From an uncultured Bacillales bacterium (GTDB lineage: Bacteria > Bacillota_I > Bacilli_A > RF39 > UBA660), in assembly GCA_902477075.1 (NCBI GenBank), contig CABSFU010000001.1:15881-79880 (forward strand): a DNA stretch of 64,000 nt, in the 5' to 3' direction. The position numbers and the translations under genes are program-made. Below the pieces are notes generated by a model. That model did no database searches and was not told the DNA's origin. It saw only the letters and a list, made by a program, of their open reading frames with translations. The number at the start of each line of letters is the position of its first letter. Position 1 is the first letter of the stretch. Shown in pieces: positions 26,111 through 36,975 of this stretch.

Positions 26111-27494
26111 AGCTTGCATAATAGTAATCATATTTATAGCCATATAACTTCTTTTGACTCTTAATATTTACTTTTGTTAGTACTGCTCCTAAGATAAAGG
26201 CTTTATTTGATTTTAATTCTTCTAGACATCCTCTAATAACTTGATAATCCGTTCTTTCTGATTCAATCACATAAATAGTTCCGTCACTTAAATAAGAGAC
26301 TAACATACCATCTGTCATAGAGGATATAGGAGGACAATCAATTAATACTAAGTCATAATCTTGTTTTAATTTTTCTATTAATTTAGCAAAACTTTTAGAG
26401 TTAATTAACTCAGAAGGATTGGAAACTTTAGAACCAGCCGCTAATACATCTACTGATATATGATTTTTTTGATCTTCATATTTTTGAACTGCTTCTTTGT
26501 AATCTATTTCATTTTTAGATAACACAATATCGCTAACACCAATTCCTCTACATAAACCAAAGTTTTTATGTACTTTTGGTTTTCTTAAATCACAATCAAC
26601 TAGAATTACTTTTTTTTCTAACATTGTGAAAGATACAGCTAAATTTGTTAATACCTCTGTTTTCCCTTCACTAGGTACAGTAGATACCGCATTTATTACT
26701 TTTAAATCCATAAAATTTAAATTTGTTCGAAGCATTCTGATAGATTCAGAAGCTACATTATTTGGTTCATCTACTATTTTGATATTGGTAGTTCTACTTA
26801 AATTATTTGGTTTTTTCTTATTTTCACTAATTACATTATAATTTGGTATCATTCCAATTGTTTTAATTTTTAAGTATTTTTTAACATCATCATGATTCTT
26901 AATTTTATTATCCATGGAATCCAATAAGAACGCTAGTGCACAACCTACTACTGAGCCAATAATAAAACCATATATGGTTAGTTTCACCATATTTGGTTCT
27001 ACTGGTGTTAAGTTTTCCACAGCAGAGTCTATTACAACTATATTTTCAATCCCCATGTCTTCTTTCATTTGTTCAATGAAAACACTGGCAATTTCATTTG
27101 CTATAATTGGTGCACTTTGATAATATTCGCTTCTTACAGAAATAGATAACATTTCTGTATCTGAAACAGTTGATATCTCAATTTTTTGCAATAATTGTTC
27201 ATATGTTAAATTAGAATTTAAATTGTGAATTACTTTTTCAATAATTTTTCTACTTTGAAGAATTTGCTTATAAGTTTTTATCATCTTACTGTTGGTCAAA
27301 ATACCTTCATAATCCACAATACTAGAATTTACTTGTGGTTCTACATATAGAGTAGTTTTGCTTTCATAAATAATTGGTGATGTATATCCATAGAATATAG
27401 CACCACTAACCCCTACTAAAATAAAGAATAAGATTACTAAAAACCATTTTTTTATAACATCAAATAAATAAGATACATTTAACTCTTCTTCCAT
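26100..27494 (-). CDS. fused Wzz-domain/BY-kinase (CpsC-CpsD in one polypeptide)
   Basis: N-terminal chain-length-determinant domain with two TM helices. Walker A reads VPSEGKTEVLTNLA and Walker B reads LVLIDCPP. The C-terminal tyrosine cluster is YGYKYDYYYASYDK. Confidence 0.88.
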   Translation of the reverse strand: MEEELNVSYLFDVIKKWFLVILFFILVGVSGAIFYGYTSPIIYESKTTLYVEPQVNSSIVDYEGILTNSKMIKTYKQILQSRKIIEKVIHNLNSNLTYEQLLQKIEISTVSDTEMLSISVRSEYYQSAPIIANEIASVFIEQMKEDMGIENIVVIDSAVENLTPVEPNMVKLTIYGFIIGSVVGCALAFLLDSMDNKIKNHDDVKKYLKIKTIGMIPNYNVISENKKKPNNLSRTTNIKIVDEPNNVASESIRMLRTNLNFMDLKVINAVSTVPSEGKTEVLTNLAVSFTMLEKKVILVDCDLRKPKVHKNFGLCRGIGVSDIVLSKNEIDYKEAVQKYEDQKNHISVDVLAAGSKVSNPSELINSKSFAKLIEKLKQDYDLVLIDCPPISSMTDGMLVSYLSDGTIYVIESERTDYQVIRGCLEELKSNKAFILGAVLTKVNIKSQKKLYGYKYDYYYASYDK

Positions 27495-27527
27495 AAAAAA
27501 AGCCCCCTTTTTCCTTATGTGGGGCTT
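27495..27527 (-). terminator. terminator-like hairpin whose 3' arm contains the only SD-like sequence for the BY-kinase
   Basis: The minus strand reads AAGCCCC-14 nt-GGGGCTT followed by TTTTTT, then directly the ATG (27494). The G-run lies 8 nt before the ATG. Confidence 0.55.
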
Positions 27528-27575
27528 ATTCTAGCACATGTCACTTTTTTTGTCAAATTATTTTAATCAATTATT

Positions 27576-29384
27576 TTAATCAATGTGTTCTTTTATTGTT
27601 TCAAGAAGATTATTTTTATTGACTGGCATGAATATTACATCTTTATAACCTTTTTCTTGATATCTTTCTTTCATACCAAATCCTTTATTATTGGATATTA
27701 ATATTACTGGTATTTTATAGCCAGGGGTATCCTTTATTTTTAGCATTGTATCTTCGCTACTTAATCTTTCTAAATTTTCTTCCATTAATATAATATTATA
27801 TTTTTCTTTGTTTCTTAATCTTTCTAAGCAAGGTTGTCCACCATTTACTTCTACAATATCATAAGGTGATTTTTTTAAAAAATAATTAATTTTTTTACTT
27901 AATTCAGCAGAATTTATAACCAATAAGATTTTTTTATTTTGCTTTAACATTTTTTCATATTGATCTACTTTTTCTTCTATTTCTGTTTTATTTTCTGTTT
28001 TAATAATTTGATCTACTGCTATAGTGAATTTTGTTCCTACACCCAATTCACTTTTAACTGTTATACTTCCATTCATCAAATCTATTAATGATTTGGCTAT
28101 TCCTAAATTATTTTTTGTATCATCCACAATTTTTAATTTTTTATCACTATATATTTTTTCTTTGTCAAATAAATGCTCCAATTCAGTGCTTTCTATACCA
28201 GAGCCAGAATCTTCTACAGTGATTATTAATCGGCAAATATCATTTTTAATGATAGAATTAACATTTAATTCTATAAATCCTTTTTCTGTATATTCCCTTG
28301 AATTTTCTAAAATTATATTGAGTATTTGCTTAATTCTAATAGAATCTCCATATAAATATTCCGGAATACTTTTATCATAGTTGAATCGATATTTTACATT
28401 AGAATTGATTGTTTTTTCAAATGATTTACTTATCATATAAAACATACTATAAGTATTATATTTATTTTTTTTGATACTTATTTTTTGCTTTTCAATTTCG
28501 GTTATATCTAATATATTGCTGACTAATTGACTTAATGAACCTATCGAATTTTGGACTTTTCTTATTTCATTTTTTAATTCTTCGGGATCATCACTATTAA
28601 GTGCTTCACTCGTTATCGTTTTGATATTCGCAATTGGCGTTGTAAGATCTTTGGATATGTTAACTAAAAATTCATTTTTAGATGCATTACTTTCTTCTTC
28701 CTTTTCTTTCATTTTATGAAATTCATTTAACATTTTTAAATCTGGATTTTCGATTGTAAAATACATAATCATATCAATATATACCATTATAGCTGGTATA
28801 ACAATTAATGTAGGAGATAAACTTCTTAAATAGATAGCTAATACCATAAATACAATCAAAGTAACATAAGGAATACATTTTTTTAATTTAACGAATTTTA
28901 AATTTTTTAGTACAACTATGAAAATGGCTAGAAAATAAATGGTCGCAATTGCTAAAACAAAATTAGTTGCCGTACCAGCTACTCCCATAGCACCATTATC
29001 GTTAATAATATCTATTGGTAATAAAAATTCAATTATTATGAAGATTACGTCCAAAACCATACATAGATTACGAAGAGTTATATATTTTTTTTCATCTTTA
29101 TATGTAATATAAAACATATATAAAAATAATAAAGTAGGCCATAAAACGTAATAAATCATATCAATTTTATTTAGTATTCTTAACAACCCATATGGAATAC
29201 TATTAAAATCCATATATCCAAATGATACTTCTAATATTACTAATAATACATCAATACAACTTGCTACAATCATTACTCCATAAATTTTTGTTTCAATTGA
29301 ATTAATTTTCTTCTTACAAAAAAAGACAATCATAAGTAAAATAATACAAAGCAATCCACAGATTGAAAAATACTGATTTGTCAT
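27576..29384 (-). CDS. hybrid sensor kinase homologue with degenerate phospho-acceptor sites (pseudo-kinase, pseudo-receiver)
   Basis: About 7 TM helices. The HisKA-like box reads EFLVNISKDLTTPI, where the consensus is FLAxMSHELRTPL, so His is replaced by Lys. HATPase motifs are retained (ENSREYT, DSGSGI, GVGTKFT). The C-terminal receiver-like domain has LVINS for VDD, LMEEN for LMD, and FMPV for KP. Confidence 0.8.
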   Translation of the reverse strand: MTNQYFSICGLLCIILLMIVFFCKKKINSIETKIYGVMIVASCIDVLLVILEVSFGYMDFNSIPYGLLRILNKIDMIYYVLWPTLLFLYMFYITYKDEKKYITLRNLCMVLDVIFIIIEFLLPIDIINDNGAMGVAGTATNFVLAIATIYFLAIFIVVLKNLKFVKLKKCIPYVTLIVFMVLAIYLRSLSPTLIVIPAIMVYIDMIMYFTIENPDLKMLNEFHKMKEKEEESNASKNEFLVNISKDLTTPIANIKTITSEALNSDDPEELKNEIRKVQNSIGSLSQLVSNILDITEIEKQKISIKKNKYNTYSMFYMISKSFEKTINSNVKYRFNYDKSIPEYLYGDSIRIKQILNIILENSREYTEKGFIELNVNSIIKNDICRLIITVEDSGSGIESTELEHLFDKEKIYSDKKLKIVDDTKNNLGIAKSLIDLMNGSITVKSELGVGTKFTIAVDQIIKTENKTEIEEKVDQYEKMLKQNKKILLVINSAELSKKINYFLKKSPYDIVEVNGGQPCLERLRNKEKYNIILMEENLERLSSEDTMLKIKDTPGYKIPVILISNNKGFGMKERYQEKGYKDVIFMPVNKNNLLETIKEHID

Positions 29385-29452
29385 TTTACATCACCTATTT
29401 TAATTATATCAAACTAATTTTTTATTGTAAATAATACAAAATAACACACAAA

Positions 29453-30394
29453 TCATTTTTTGTGCGTTATTCCAGGAACAAATTCATTGTGATCATTTAA
29501 AGTATACTCATTTTCATAATTACCATTTTTATCTTTTAGTAAATATTTAAATTCATGATCAGCATCATATTCAAAACCAAAAGCATCAAATTTTTTTAAA
29601 TACGTATGATTTAAATATACTTGTTGATTAACATCCTCCAAAGATTTTTTATGTATACCAAGTTTTTTCCATAAATTTTTTCGCATTTCTTCCATTGTAT
29701 TTTCAATTAATTTCGTTTTTTGTATAATATTATCTTCTGGTTTTACTAGAATTGGCTTACCAAATTGAACGATACACTTTGAATATAATTCTTTTTCTTT
29801 ATCTACAACATCAGGTACTTCCACATATTCAAATATAGTAGGTATAACCATCTTGTTTGTTATAATAGCAGATTGAGTACCACCAGCTTTTATTTTTTGC
29901 ATAGGTTTAATCGGATGTAGATTCCATGTTCCTTCCCCAAAAATAATACCATCTTCTCCGTCCATAATTTTCTTTGAAAATGTCATTAAACCTTCTAAAG
30001 ATGATTGTTTATCTTCTCTGTTAATTAATGTTACATCTCCTAGTTTAAACATTTGCAAACTTATGAAATTTAAACAATCTGACGCAGCAAATGGTGTAAC
30101 ATTTCTTTTCATTTCATTAAATACTTCTTGTGTTGTAAAAAAATCATGTGAATTAGAATGATTACATATAAAAACCGCTGAATCATCTTTTGGAATATTT
30201 TCATCACCATATATTTCTAATTTATAATTTCTTAGATGAGGCGCTAATAAAGAAATTAACTTCTTACTGATTTTTTTTGATTCTATATTTACTTTAAGTG
30301 AATCACAATATTCCTTCACGATTTGATAATATTTTATTTTTTCTTCAAGAGATAAACCTTCTAGATTTTTCAATGATAAAAATTTTTCTAACAT
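29453..30394 (-). CDS. lysophospholipid/glycerol-3-phosphate acyltransferase family protein (PlsC-like)
   Basis: The HX4D motif occurs in ICNHSNSHDFF, and FGEGTW matches block III. GGGGGAGA lies 6 nt before the ATG at 30394. Confidence 0.7.
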   Translation of the reverse strand: MLEKFLSLKNLEGLSLEEKIKYYQIVKEYCDSLKVNIESKKISKKLISLLAPHLRNYKLEIYGDENIPKDDSAVFICNHSNSHDFFTTQEVFNEMKRNVTPFAASDCLNFISLQMFKLGDVTLINREDKQSSLEGLMTFSKKIMDGEDGIIFGEGTWNLHPIKPMQKIKAGGTQSAIITNKMVIPTIFEYVEVPDVVDKEKELYSKCIVQFGKPILVKPEDNIIQKTKLIENTMEEMRKNLWKKLGIHKKSLEDVNQQVYLNHTYLKKFDAFGFEYDADHEFKYLLKDKNGNYENEYTLNDHNEFVPGITHKK

Positions 30395-30395
30395 A

Positions 30396-31301
30396 CTAAT
30401 TCTCCCCCATAATATAATGATATATTTCTTCAATTATTATTTTAGATTCAGAAATTGGATAAAGTTCAAAGTTATGAAATTGATTTTCGAATTGGACAAA
30501 TTTATAATTGATTCCCAATGGTTTTATTTTATTAATCAATTTTATACAATCTGGTTGACATATTTCATTTCCACCACAAGAAATAAATACCTTATTTAAA
30601 TTTTCTAAATTACCATAGATAGGGCTAACCCTATAATCATTAATATCGTATTTACCTGCCCATATTTTTCCACAATAACGATTTCCTACTATAGAACAGA
30701 CAATATCTTTTTTTTCATTTATTTTTGGATTGCTTAATGACACATCTAACCAAGGGCTTAACATAATTGCTGCTGTTGGTTTTTTTATATTTTCTTTTGT
30801 TAATAATAGATTTAATGATAGAACAGACCCTCCACCAGCAGAATCACCAATTAGATATATTTTTTGATTTTTAGTTAATAACAATTGATATATTTGCTTC
30901 ATTTCTTCTAATAGTTCCTCTGATGTTCCACTAGGAATTGTTTTATATAATGGAAATATAAGGGTTGAATTCAATTTTTTAGCAACTTTTTTTACAAAAT
31001 TTATTTGCATAGGCAAAGGTTTGTCTATAAAGGACCCTCCATGAATATATAACAAAAAGGAATCTTTATTGTTTTCTAACGATCCATTCCAAGTATATAA
31101 TGTATATCCATTATAATCTATTTTTGACATTCCTTTGAAAGCAGTTTTATTTACTTTTTTTCTATTGCATTTTGCAATATATTTTTTTGTATTTGATATT
31201 GAATTTGTATTTTTTTTAAATCCTGATATTTTGATTAATATTTTTACAATTCTACTCTTAAATGAATTATTAGAATAATTTATTTCCATACATAACACCA
31301 T
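30396..31301 (-). CDS. alpha/beta hydrolase (HSL/Aes-type esterase-lipase)
   Basis: HGG oxyanion motif (YIHGGSF) and GDSAGG nucleophile elbow. Confidence 0.8.
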   Translation of the reverse strand: MVLCMEINYSNNSFKSRIVKILIKISGFKKNTNSISNTKKYIAKCNRKKVNKTAFKGMSKIDYNGYTLYTWNGSLENNKDSFLLYIHGGSFIDKPLPMQINFVKKVAKKLNSTLIFPLYKTIPSGTSEELLEEMKQIYQLLLTKNQKIYLIGDSAGGGSVLSLNLLLTKENIKKPTAAIMLSPWLDVSLSNPKINEKKDIVCSIVGNRYCGKIWAGKYDINDYRVSPIYGNLENLNKVFISCGGNEICQPDCIKLINKIKPLGINYKFVQFENQFHNFELYPISESKIIIEEIYHYIMGEN

Positions 31302-31364
31302 AACTATTGTATCATAATTTTGAAAATAATTATTGTTTTTTATTTATAAATTAAAAAAAGATGC

Positions 31365-31721
31365 TTATGCAGCATCTCCTTCTACTAATTCTAAAATTAC
31401 CATTAAAGCGTCGTCTCCTCTTCTTTCTGATAATTTTATAATTCTTGTATATCCACCATTACGAGTTGCATAACGTTTTGCTAGATCATCAAAAACTTTT
31501 TTAGTTGCTTCTGTATCATTTTGCATAAACGCTAATGCTTTTCTTCTTGAAACTAATGATCCATCTTTTCCGTAAGTAATCATTTTATCAACAAATTTTC
31601 TTACTTCTTTAGCTCTTGTTTCCGTAGTTTCAATACGTTCATTCATAATTAAGTTTCTAGTTAAATTTGCTAACATACTTCTTCTATGTTTGCAAGTTCT
31701 ACCTAACTTTCTATAAGCCAT
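31365..31721 (-). CDS. rplQ: 50S ribosomal protein L17
   Basis: [20 protein letters not shown]. Confidence 0.97.
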   Translation of the reverse strand: MAYRKLGRTCKHRRSMLANLTRNLIMNERIETTETRAKEVRKFVDKMITYGKDGSLVSRRKALAFMQNDTEATKKVFDDLAKRYATRNGGYTRIIKLSERRGDDALMVILELVEGDAA

Positions 31722-31735
31722 ATTAATCCTCCGTT

Positions 31736-32686
31736 CTAATCTTCTTCGCGGAATTTAAGTCCCATATCTTTAATTTTGTCTATTACTTCTTTTAAAGATT
31801 TTTTACCTAAATTACGTATTTTCATCATTTCTAATTCAGTTTTTTCTGTTAAGTCACCCAAAGTATTAATACCTGCTCTTTTTAAACAATTATAAGCTCT
31901 AACAGAGAAATCTAAATCATCAATTGATGTTTCTAATTTTTTAAGTTTAGAATCTTCTTGTTTTGCATTCATAACTCCAGTTGTATCTGCTATTTCACTT
32001 AAATCAGTTAAAATATTTAAATGTTCAATTAATATTTTTGATGCTAAAGCCATTGCTTCTTCTGGACGAAGAGAACCATTTGTAGAAACGTTCATAATTA
32101 ATTTATCATAATTAGCGTCTTGTCCTACACGAGCACTTTCTACATCATAACGAACATTTTCAATTGGAGAATATAGTGCATCAATTGGAATAAATCCAAC
32201 TTTATCATCTTCTACAAAACTTTTGTTTTCTGTTGATGGAACATATCCTCTACCACTAGAGATAATAAATTCCATTTCTAACTTTCCACCTTTAGCTAAA
32301 GTAGCAATTACTTGATCTGGATTAATGATTTCTACATCATCATCTGTTTCGATATCGGCTGCTGTTACTACTCTTTCTTCTGAAACAGAAAGATGAGCAT
32401 GTGAAACACCTTCTGATGATTTCTTTACAACAACACTTTTTAAATTAAGAATGATAGATGTTACATCTTCTACGACACCATCCATGGCTTGGAATTCATG
32501 CATTACACCATCTATTCTTACTGCAACAATTGCACTTCCTGGCATACTTGATAACATTACTCTTCTAAGTGCATTACCTAAAGTTGTACCAAATCCTCTT
32601 TCTAAAGGTTCGATTTCAAATTTTCCATAATTATTATTTTCGATATAATCAGTTATTTTATATATTGGTTTTTCAAAGTTTAACAC
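31736..32686 (-). CDS. rpoA: DNA-directed RNA polymerase alpha subunit
   Basis: [25 protein letters not shown], with C-terminal domain [24 protein letters not shown] lies 8 nt before a GTG at 32686; the track's upstream extension overlaps rpsK. Confidence 0.95.
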   Translation of the reverse strand: MLNFEKPIYKITDYIENNNYGKFEIEPLERGFGTTLGNALRRVMLSSMPGSAIVAVRIDGVMHEFQAMDGVVEDVTSIILNLKSVVVKKSSEGVSHAHLSVSEERVVTAADIETDDDVEIINPDQVIATLAKGGKLEMEFIISSGRGYVPSTENKSFVEDDKVGFIPIDALYSPIENVRYDVESARVGQDANYDKLIMNVSTNGSLRPEEAMALASKILIEHLNILTDLSEIADTTGVMNAKQEDSKLKKLETSIDDLDFSVRAYNCLKRAGINTLGDLTEKTELEMMKIRNLGKKSLKEVIDKIKDMGLKFREED

Positions 32687-32705
32687 TTTAATCACTCCTT
32701 TTCTT

Positions 32706-33089
32706 TTATCCACGAGGACGTTTTGGTGGACGACATCCATTGTGTGGTACAGGTGTTACATCAGTGATTGATAAAATTTCTAGACCAGCTGTTTGTAATG
32801 AACGAATTGCTGTTTCACGTCCAGAACCTAATCCGTTAACGAAAACTTCAACTTTTCTCATTCCCATATCATATGCAGCACGTCCTGCAGCTTCTGCTGA
32901 CATACCTGCAGCAAATGGAGTTGATTTTTTACTTCCTTTAAAACCTAATGTTCCAGCAGATGCCCAACTAAGTGCATTACCTTCTTTATCACTAAGTGTT
33001 ACAATAGTGTTATTGAAAGTTGAACGAATATATGCTCTACCTTCTGGTACATTTTTCTTAACTTTACGTTTTCTTGGTTTGTAAGCCAT
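32706..33089 (-). CDS. rpsK: 30S ribosomal protein S11
   Basis: [17 protein letters not shown]...[15 protein letters not shown]. Confidence 0.97.
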   Translation of the reverse strand: MAYKPRKRKVKKNVPEGRAYIRSTFNNTIVTLSDKEGNALSWASAGTLGFKGSKKSTPFAAGMSAEAAGRAAYDMGMRKVEVFVNGLGSGRETAIRSLQTAGLEILSITDVTPVPHNGCRPPKRPRG

Positions 33090-33114
33090 ATATATAACCT
33101 CCTTTTACAGTTTA

Positions 33115-33480
33115 TTATTTTTTCTTATTAGCTACTGTTTTTCCTTTACCTTTACGAGTTCTTGCATTTCTATTTGTTCTTTGACCTCTTACTGGTAATC
33201 CTTTTTTATGACGAGTTCCTTGATATGAATTAATCTCCATTTTAGTTTTAATATTCATATTTACTTCACGTCTTAAATCACCTTCGATTGTGTATTTATC
33301 AACTTGAGTACGAATAGCATTTAATTCATCATTTGATAAATCTTTTGCTCTTTTGTTGATATCTACACCGGCATCAGCTAATATTTGGTTAGATAAACTT
33401 CTACCAATTCCATATATATAAGTTAATGCTATTTCAATTCTTTTATTATCTGGTATATCTACACCTTTAATACGTGCCAT
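33115..33480 (-). CDS. rpsM: 30S ribosomal protein S13
   Basis: [26 protein letters not shown]. Confidence 0.97.
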   Translation of the reverse strand: MARIKGVDIPDNKRIEIALTYIYGIGRSLSNQILADAGVDINKRAKDLSNDELNAIRTQVDKYTIEGDLRREVNMNIKTKMEINSYQGTRHKKGLPVRGQRTNRNARTRKGKGKTVANKKK

Positions 33481-33495
33481 AAAACACCTCCTATA

Positions 33496-33609
33496 TTAAC
33501 CTTGTCTTTGTTTATGTTTTGGATTCTTACAGATAACTCTTAAAGATCCTTTTCTTTTAATAATTTTACAATCTGAACAGATTGGTTTTACTGATGGTTT
33601 AACTTTCAT
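33496..33609 (-). CDS. rpmJ: 50S ribosomal protein L36 (37 aa)
   Basis: Below the track's length cut-off. The reverse strand reads [37 protein letters not shown], between infA and rpsM. Confidence 0.95.
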   Translation of the reverse strand: MKVKPSVKPICSDCKIIKRKGSLRVICKNPKHKQRQG

Positions 33610-33620
33610 ATTCTACCCTC

Positions 33621-33884
33621 CTATTTTCTATAGGTTATACGCCCACGTGTTAAATCATATTCTGATAATTCTAAAACTACTGTATCACCTGGTAAAATGC
33701 GAATATAGTTCATTCGGATTTTACCAGAAACGTGAGCTACTACAGTATGTTTATTTGGTAGTTCTACGCGAAATTGTCCTCCCGGTAAAACATCTAATAC
33801 TTTTCCTTCTACTTCAATTGCAGCTTTTTTACTTACACTTTCACTTGCAACTGTATGTTTTTTATTAACATTTCCTTTTGGCAT
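33621..33884 (-). CDS. infA: translation initiation factor IF-1 with an N-terminal extension of about 15 aa
   Basis: [20 protein letters not shown]...[37 protein letters not shown] lies 6 nt before the ATG at 33884, and there is no in-frame internal start. Confidence 0.93.
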   Translation of the reverse strand: MPKGNVNKKHTVASESVSKKAAIEVEGKVLDVLPGGQFRVELPNKHTVVAHVSGKIRMNYIRILPGDTVVLELSEYDLTRGRITYRK

Positions 33885-33887
33885 AAA

Positions 33888-34634
33888 CTACCTCCTTGTT
33901 AAAATTTCATACCCATCTTTTGTTACTAGAATGGTGTGTTCAAAATGTGCAGAAGGTAGGCCATCATCTGTTACAATTGTCCAATCATCATCTAACATTG
34001 AAACTTCTTTAGTTCCAAGATTTAACATTGGTTCAATTGCAATTGTCATTCCTTCTTTTAAGATAGGTCCAGTATTTTTTTCTCCATAATTTGGTACATC
34101 AGGCTCTTCGTGCACTTTTGTACCGATGCCATGTCCAACTAATTCTTGAACAACACCTAATTTATATTTGTGTGCTACTGATTCAATAGCATTTCCTATA
34201 TTTCCTAAGTGTACTCCTGCTTTTACTTCTTTTAAACCAGCCATTAGTGCCTCTTCTGTATGTTTCATTAAATATTCGATTTCTTTACTTGGTGTTCCAA
34301 TGACATAACTCCATGCAGAATCACCATGATAACCTTTATAGCAAGCACCAATATCTAATTTTACAATGTCTCCTTTTTTTAACTTTCTTCTACCTGGAAT
34401 TCCATGTACAACTTCATCATTTACTGATATACATATTGTACCTGGAAAACCATATAGATTTTTGAAAGAAGGGGTAGCACCTTGTTCAAGAATATAATCG
34501 TTTGCTAATTTATCTAATTCTATTGTACTAATTCCTGGTTTTAAAAACTGTTCTAAATAATGATGTGTATCACCAACAATTTTTCCAGCTATTCTCATTA
34601 GCTCTATTTCACGTTCTGATTTAATACTAATCAT
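33888..34634 (-). CDS. map: type I methionine aminopeptidase
   Basis: KSEREIELMRIAG, VVHGIP, DIGACYKGYHGD, HGIG, and EPM motifs. Confidence 0.96.
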   Translation of the reverse strand: MISIKSEREIELMRIAGKIVGDTHHYLEQFLKPGISTIELDKLANDYILEQGATPSFKNLYGFPGTICISVNDEVVHGIPGRRKLKKGDIVKLDIGACYKGYHGDSAWSYVIGTPSKEIEYLMKHTEEALMAGLKEVKAGVHLGNIGNAIESVAHKYKLGVVQELVGHGIGTKVHEEPDVPNYGEKNTGPILKEGMTIAIEPMLNLGTKEVSMLDDDWTIVTDDGLPSAHFEHTILVTKDGYEILTRR

Positions 34635-35262
34635 ATAATACCTTCTTTATCTCTTGATAAACTTCTTCTGGATTTTTCGAACTATCAATTTGATATAAAT
34701 TTCCTTTATTTTGATAATACTCAATTAAAGGAGCAGTTTCATTCATGTAGGTATCAAATCTTACATTGAAAGTTTCTTCATTGTCATCGCTTCTTTTTAC
34801 TAATGATGACTTGCAATCATCACATATCATGTTTACTTTGGAATTCATTCCATCAATCATTGTATTGTATACATTTCCACATTTTGGACAAGATACTCTA
34901 CCCACGATACGTTTTTTTGCTGTTTCTTTATCTAAATCTAAATAAATTACAGCATCTATTTTGGTATTATTTTGCTTAAGCATTTCATCTAAAGCAATTG
35001 CTTGATTTAAATTTCTTGGAAATCCATCTAATATATAATCATTAACTGTTTCTAATTTATTTTTTAGAATCGTTAAGATAATATCATCATTTACTAGAGA
35101 TCCAGATTCCATCATTTGTTTTAGTTCTGTATTTCCCTTTTTTACTTCTTCTCTAAGAAGATCTCCTGTGGAAATATGTTCTAAATTAAATTCTTTGCTT
35201 AATCTAGATGATTGTGTTCCTTTGCCGGCTGCTGGCGGAGCAATAAATATAATACTTTTCAT
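34627..35262 (-). CDS. adk: adenylate kinase (zinc-lid type)
   Basis: P-loop APPAAGKGTQ, and a lid CPKCGNVYN...CDDC. Confidence 0.95.
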   Translation of the reverse strand: MKSIIFIAPPAAGKGTQSSRLSKEFNLEHISTGDLLREEVKKGNTELKQMMESGSLVNDDIILTILKNKLETVNDYILDGFPRNLNQAIALDEMLKQNNTKIDAVIYLDLDKETAKKRIVGRVSCPKCGNVYNTMIDGMNSKVNMICDDCKSSLVKRSDDNEETFNVRFDTYMNETAPLIEYYQNKGNLYQIDSSKNPEEVYQEIKKVLYD

Positions 35263-36530
35263 TATCTTCTTCTTCCTCTTGTGTAATTACGAGTTACCAA
35301 TTCACTTGATAATTGTTTATAAGTTTCGAGTGCAACTCCTACAACGATTAATAAGCTTGTTCCTCCAAGTGTAATACTTGATGGTAAGCTTGGAATTAGT
35401 GAACAAAGTATTGGAATTGCTGCTAGAATAGACAAGCTTAAAGCTCCTATAGTAGTAATTCTTTTTAATACTTTACTAATATAATCAACAGTTTCTTCAC
35501 CTGGTCTAATTCCTGGTATATATCCACCATTTTGATTAATATTTTCCGCTAATTCTTTTGGTTTCAATTGGAAAAATGTATAAAAATATGCAAAAGTAAA
35601 GATACAAACAATATATAATATGAAACCAGTTACAGATGAACTATATGATAAGTATTTATTTACAAATAATTTTAATCCTTCGTTTTTTGTAACTGCAGCA
35701 ATAATACTTGGCACAGATACAATAATAGAAGCAAATATTACTGGCATAACACCTGCTGAATTTAGTTTGAAAGGAATATAGTTTTTAGATTGTGACATTG
35801 TTGATTTGTTTGCATATTGAATTGGAATTCTTCTTTCTGCGCATTCAATATAAACAACTCCTACAATAATTAAAACATATACAAGTAAGAATAAAGCAAA
35901 TTTTAATATTCCAAATAACATTGTTTGAGTAGTTGCAAAATCAACTAAACCTGTCCATGCTTGATAGAACATATTAGGCAATGTTGCAATAATACCCGCC
36001 ATAATAATCAATGAAATACCATTTCCTATTCCTTTTGCAGTAATTTGATCTCCTATCCATAATAATAGGGAAGTTCCTGCTGTTAAAATAAGAGCAAATG
36101 TTAGATATTCCATTGGTGTTCCATTTGCTACAAAAGCAAATGAGAAAATATATCCTTGGATAAAAGCTAATGCAATACCCATATATCTTGTTATTTGATT
36201 TAATTTTGCTCTGCCAGTTCCACCTTGTTTTGCCAAATCGGCAAAATATGGAATGACATCTGCTTGTAATAATTGTACAATGATGGATGCCGTAATATAT
36301 GGCATAACACCTAAAGCAAAAATTGAAAATTGCTCTAAGGCTCCTCCTCCCATCACATTCATTAATTCTAAAAATCCTAAATTATTTGTTCCTAAACTAT
36401 CAGTGTCTATTCCTGGTACAATAATTGTTGTTCCAAGCTTAAATATAAATAAAGCAAGAAAAGTGAATAAGATTCTTTTTCTTAAATCTTTATTATTGGG
36501 ATTAAATATTTGCTTGAACTCTGCAAACAT
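35262..36530 (-). CDS. secY: preprotein translocase subunit SecY
   Basis: Ten TM helices, GVMPYITASIIVQLL, and its position after rplO. Confidence 0.97.
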   Translation of the reverse strand: MFAEFKQIFNPNNKDLRKRILFTFLALFIFKLGTTIIVPGIDTDSLGTNNLGFLELMNVMGGGALEQFSIFALGVMPYITASIIVQLLQADVIPYFADLAKQGGTGRAKLNQITRYMGIALAFIQGYIFSFAFVANGTPMEYLTFALILTAGTSLLLWIGDQITAKGIGNGISLIIMAGIIATLPNMFYQAWTGLVDFATTQTMLFGILKFALFLLVYVLIIVGVVYIECAERRIPIQYANKSTMSQSKNYIPFKLNSAGVMPVIFASIIVSVPSIIAAVTKNEGLKLFVNKYLSYSSSVTGFILYIVCIFTFAYFYTFFQLKPKELAENINQNGGYIPGIRPGEETVDYISKVLKRITTIGALSLSILAAIPILCSLIPSLPSSITLGGTSLLIVVGVALETYKQLSSELVTRNYTRGRRR

Positions 36531-36531
36531 T

Positions 36532-36975
36532 TTAAATCACCTCTGCTTTTCCACCTAGTTTTTCTATTTCTTCTTGTGCTTTTTTAGAAAATTGATTTGC
36601 TTGAACTATTAATTTTTTCTCTAAAGTTCCATTTCCTAAAATTTTAACTCCATCAAGTTGATTTTTTAAAATTCCCATTTCTTTTAATAATTCTGGTGTA
36701 ACTGTTGTATTTTCTTCAAATTTATTTAAATCACTTAAGTTTAATACTGCATATGTAGTTTTGAACATTGCATTTGAGAAACCTCTTTTTGGAAGTCTTC
36801 TGAATAATGGAAGTTGTCCACCTTCAAATCCAGGTCTTACTCCTCCACCACTTCTTGCATTTTGTCCTTTATGTCCTTTTCCACTTGTTTTTCCAAGCCC
36901 GCTTCCTGTTCCACGTCCAACTCTTTTACGAGTTTTAGTAGCTCCTTCTGCGGCATACATTGTATGTAATTTCAT
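36532..36975 (-). CDS. rplO: 50S ribosomal protein L15
   Basis: [49 protein letters not shown]. Confidence 0.97.
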   Translation of the reverse strand: MKLHTMYAAEGATKTRKRVGRGTGSGLGKTSGKGHKGQNARSGGGVRPGFEGGQLPLFRRLPKRGFSNAMFKTTYAVLNLSDLNKFEENTTVTPELLKEMGILKNQLDGVKILGNGTLEKKLIVQANQFSKKAQEEIEKLGGKAEVI

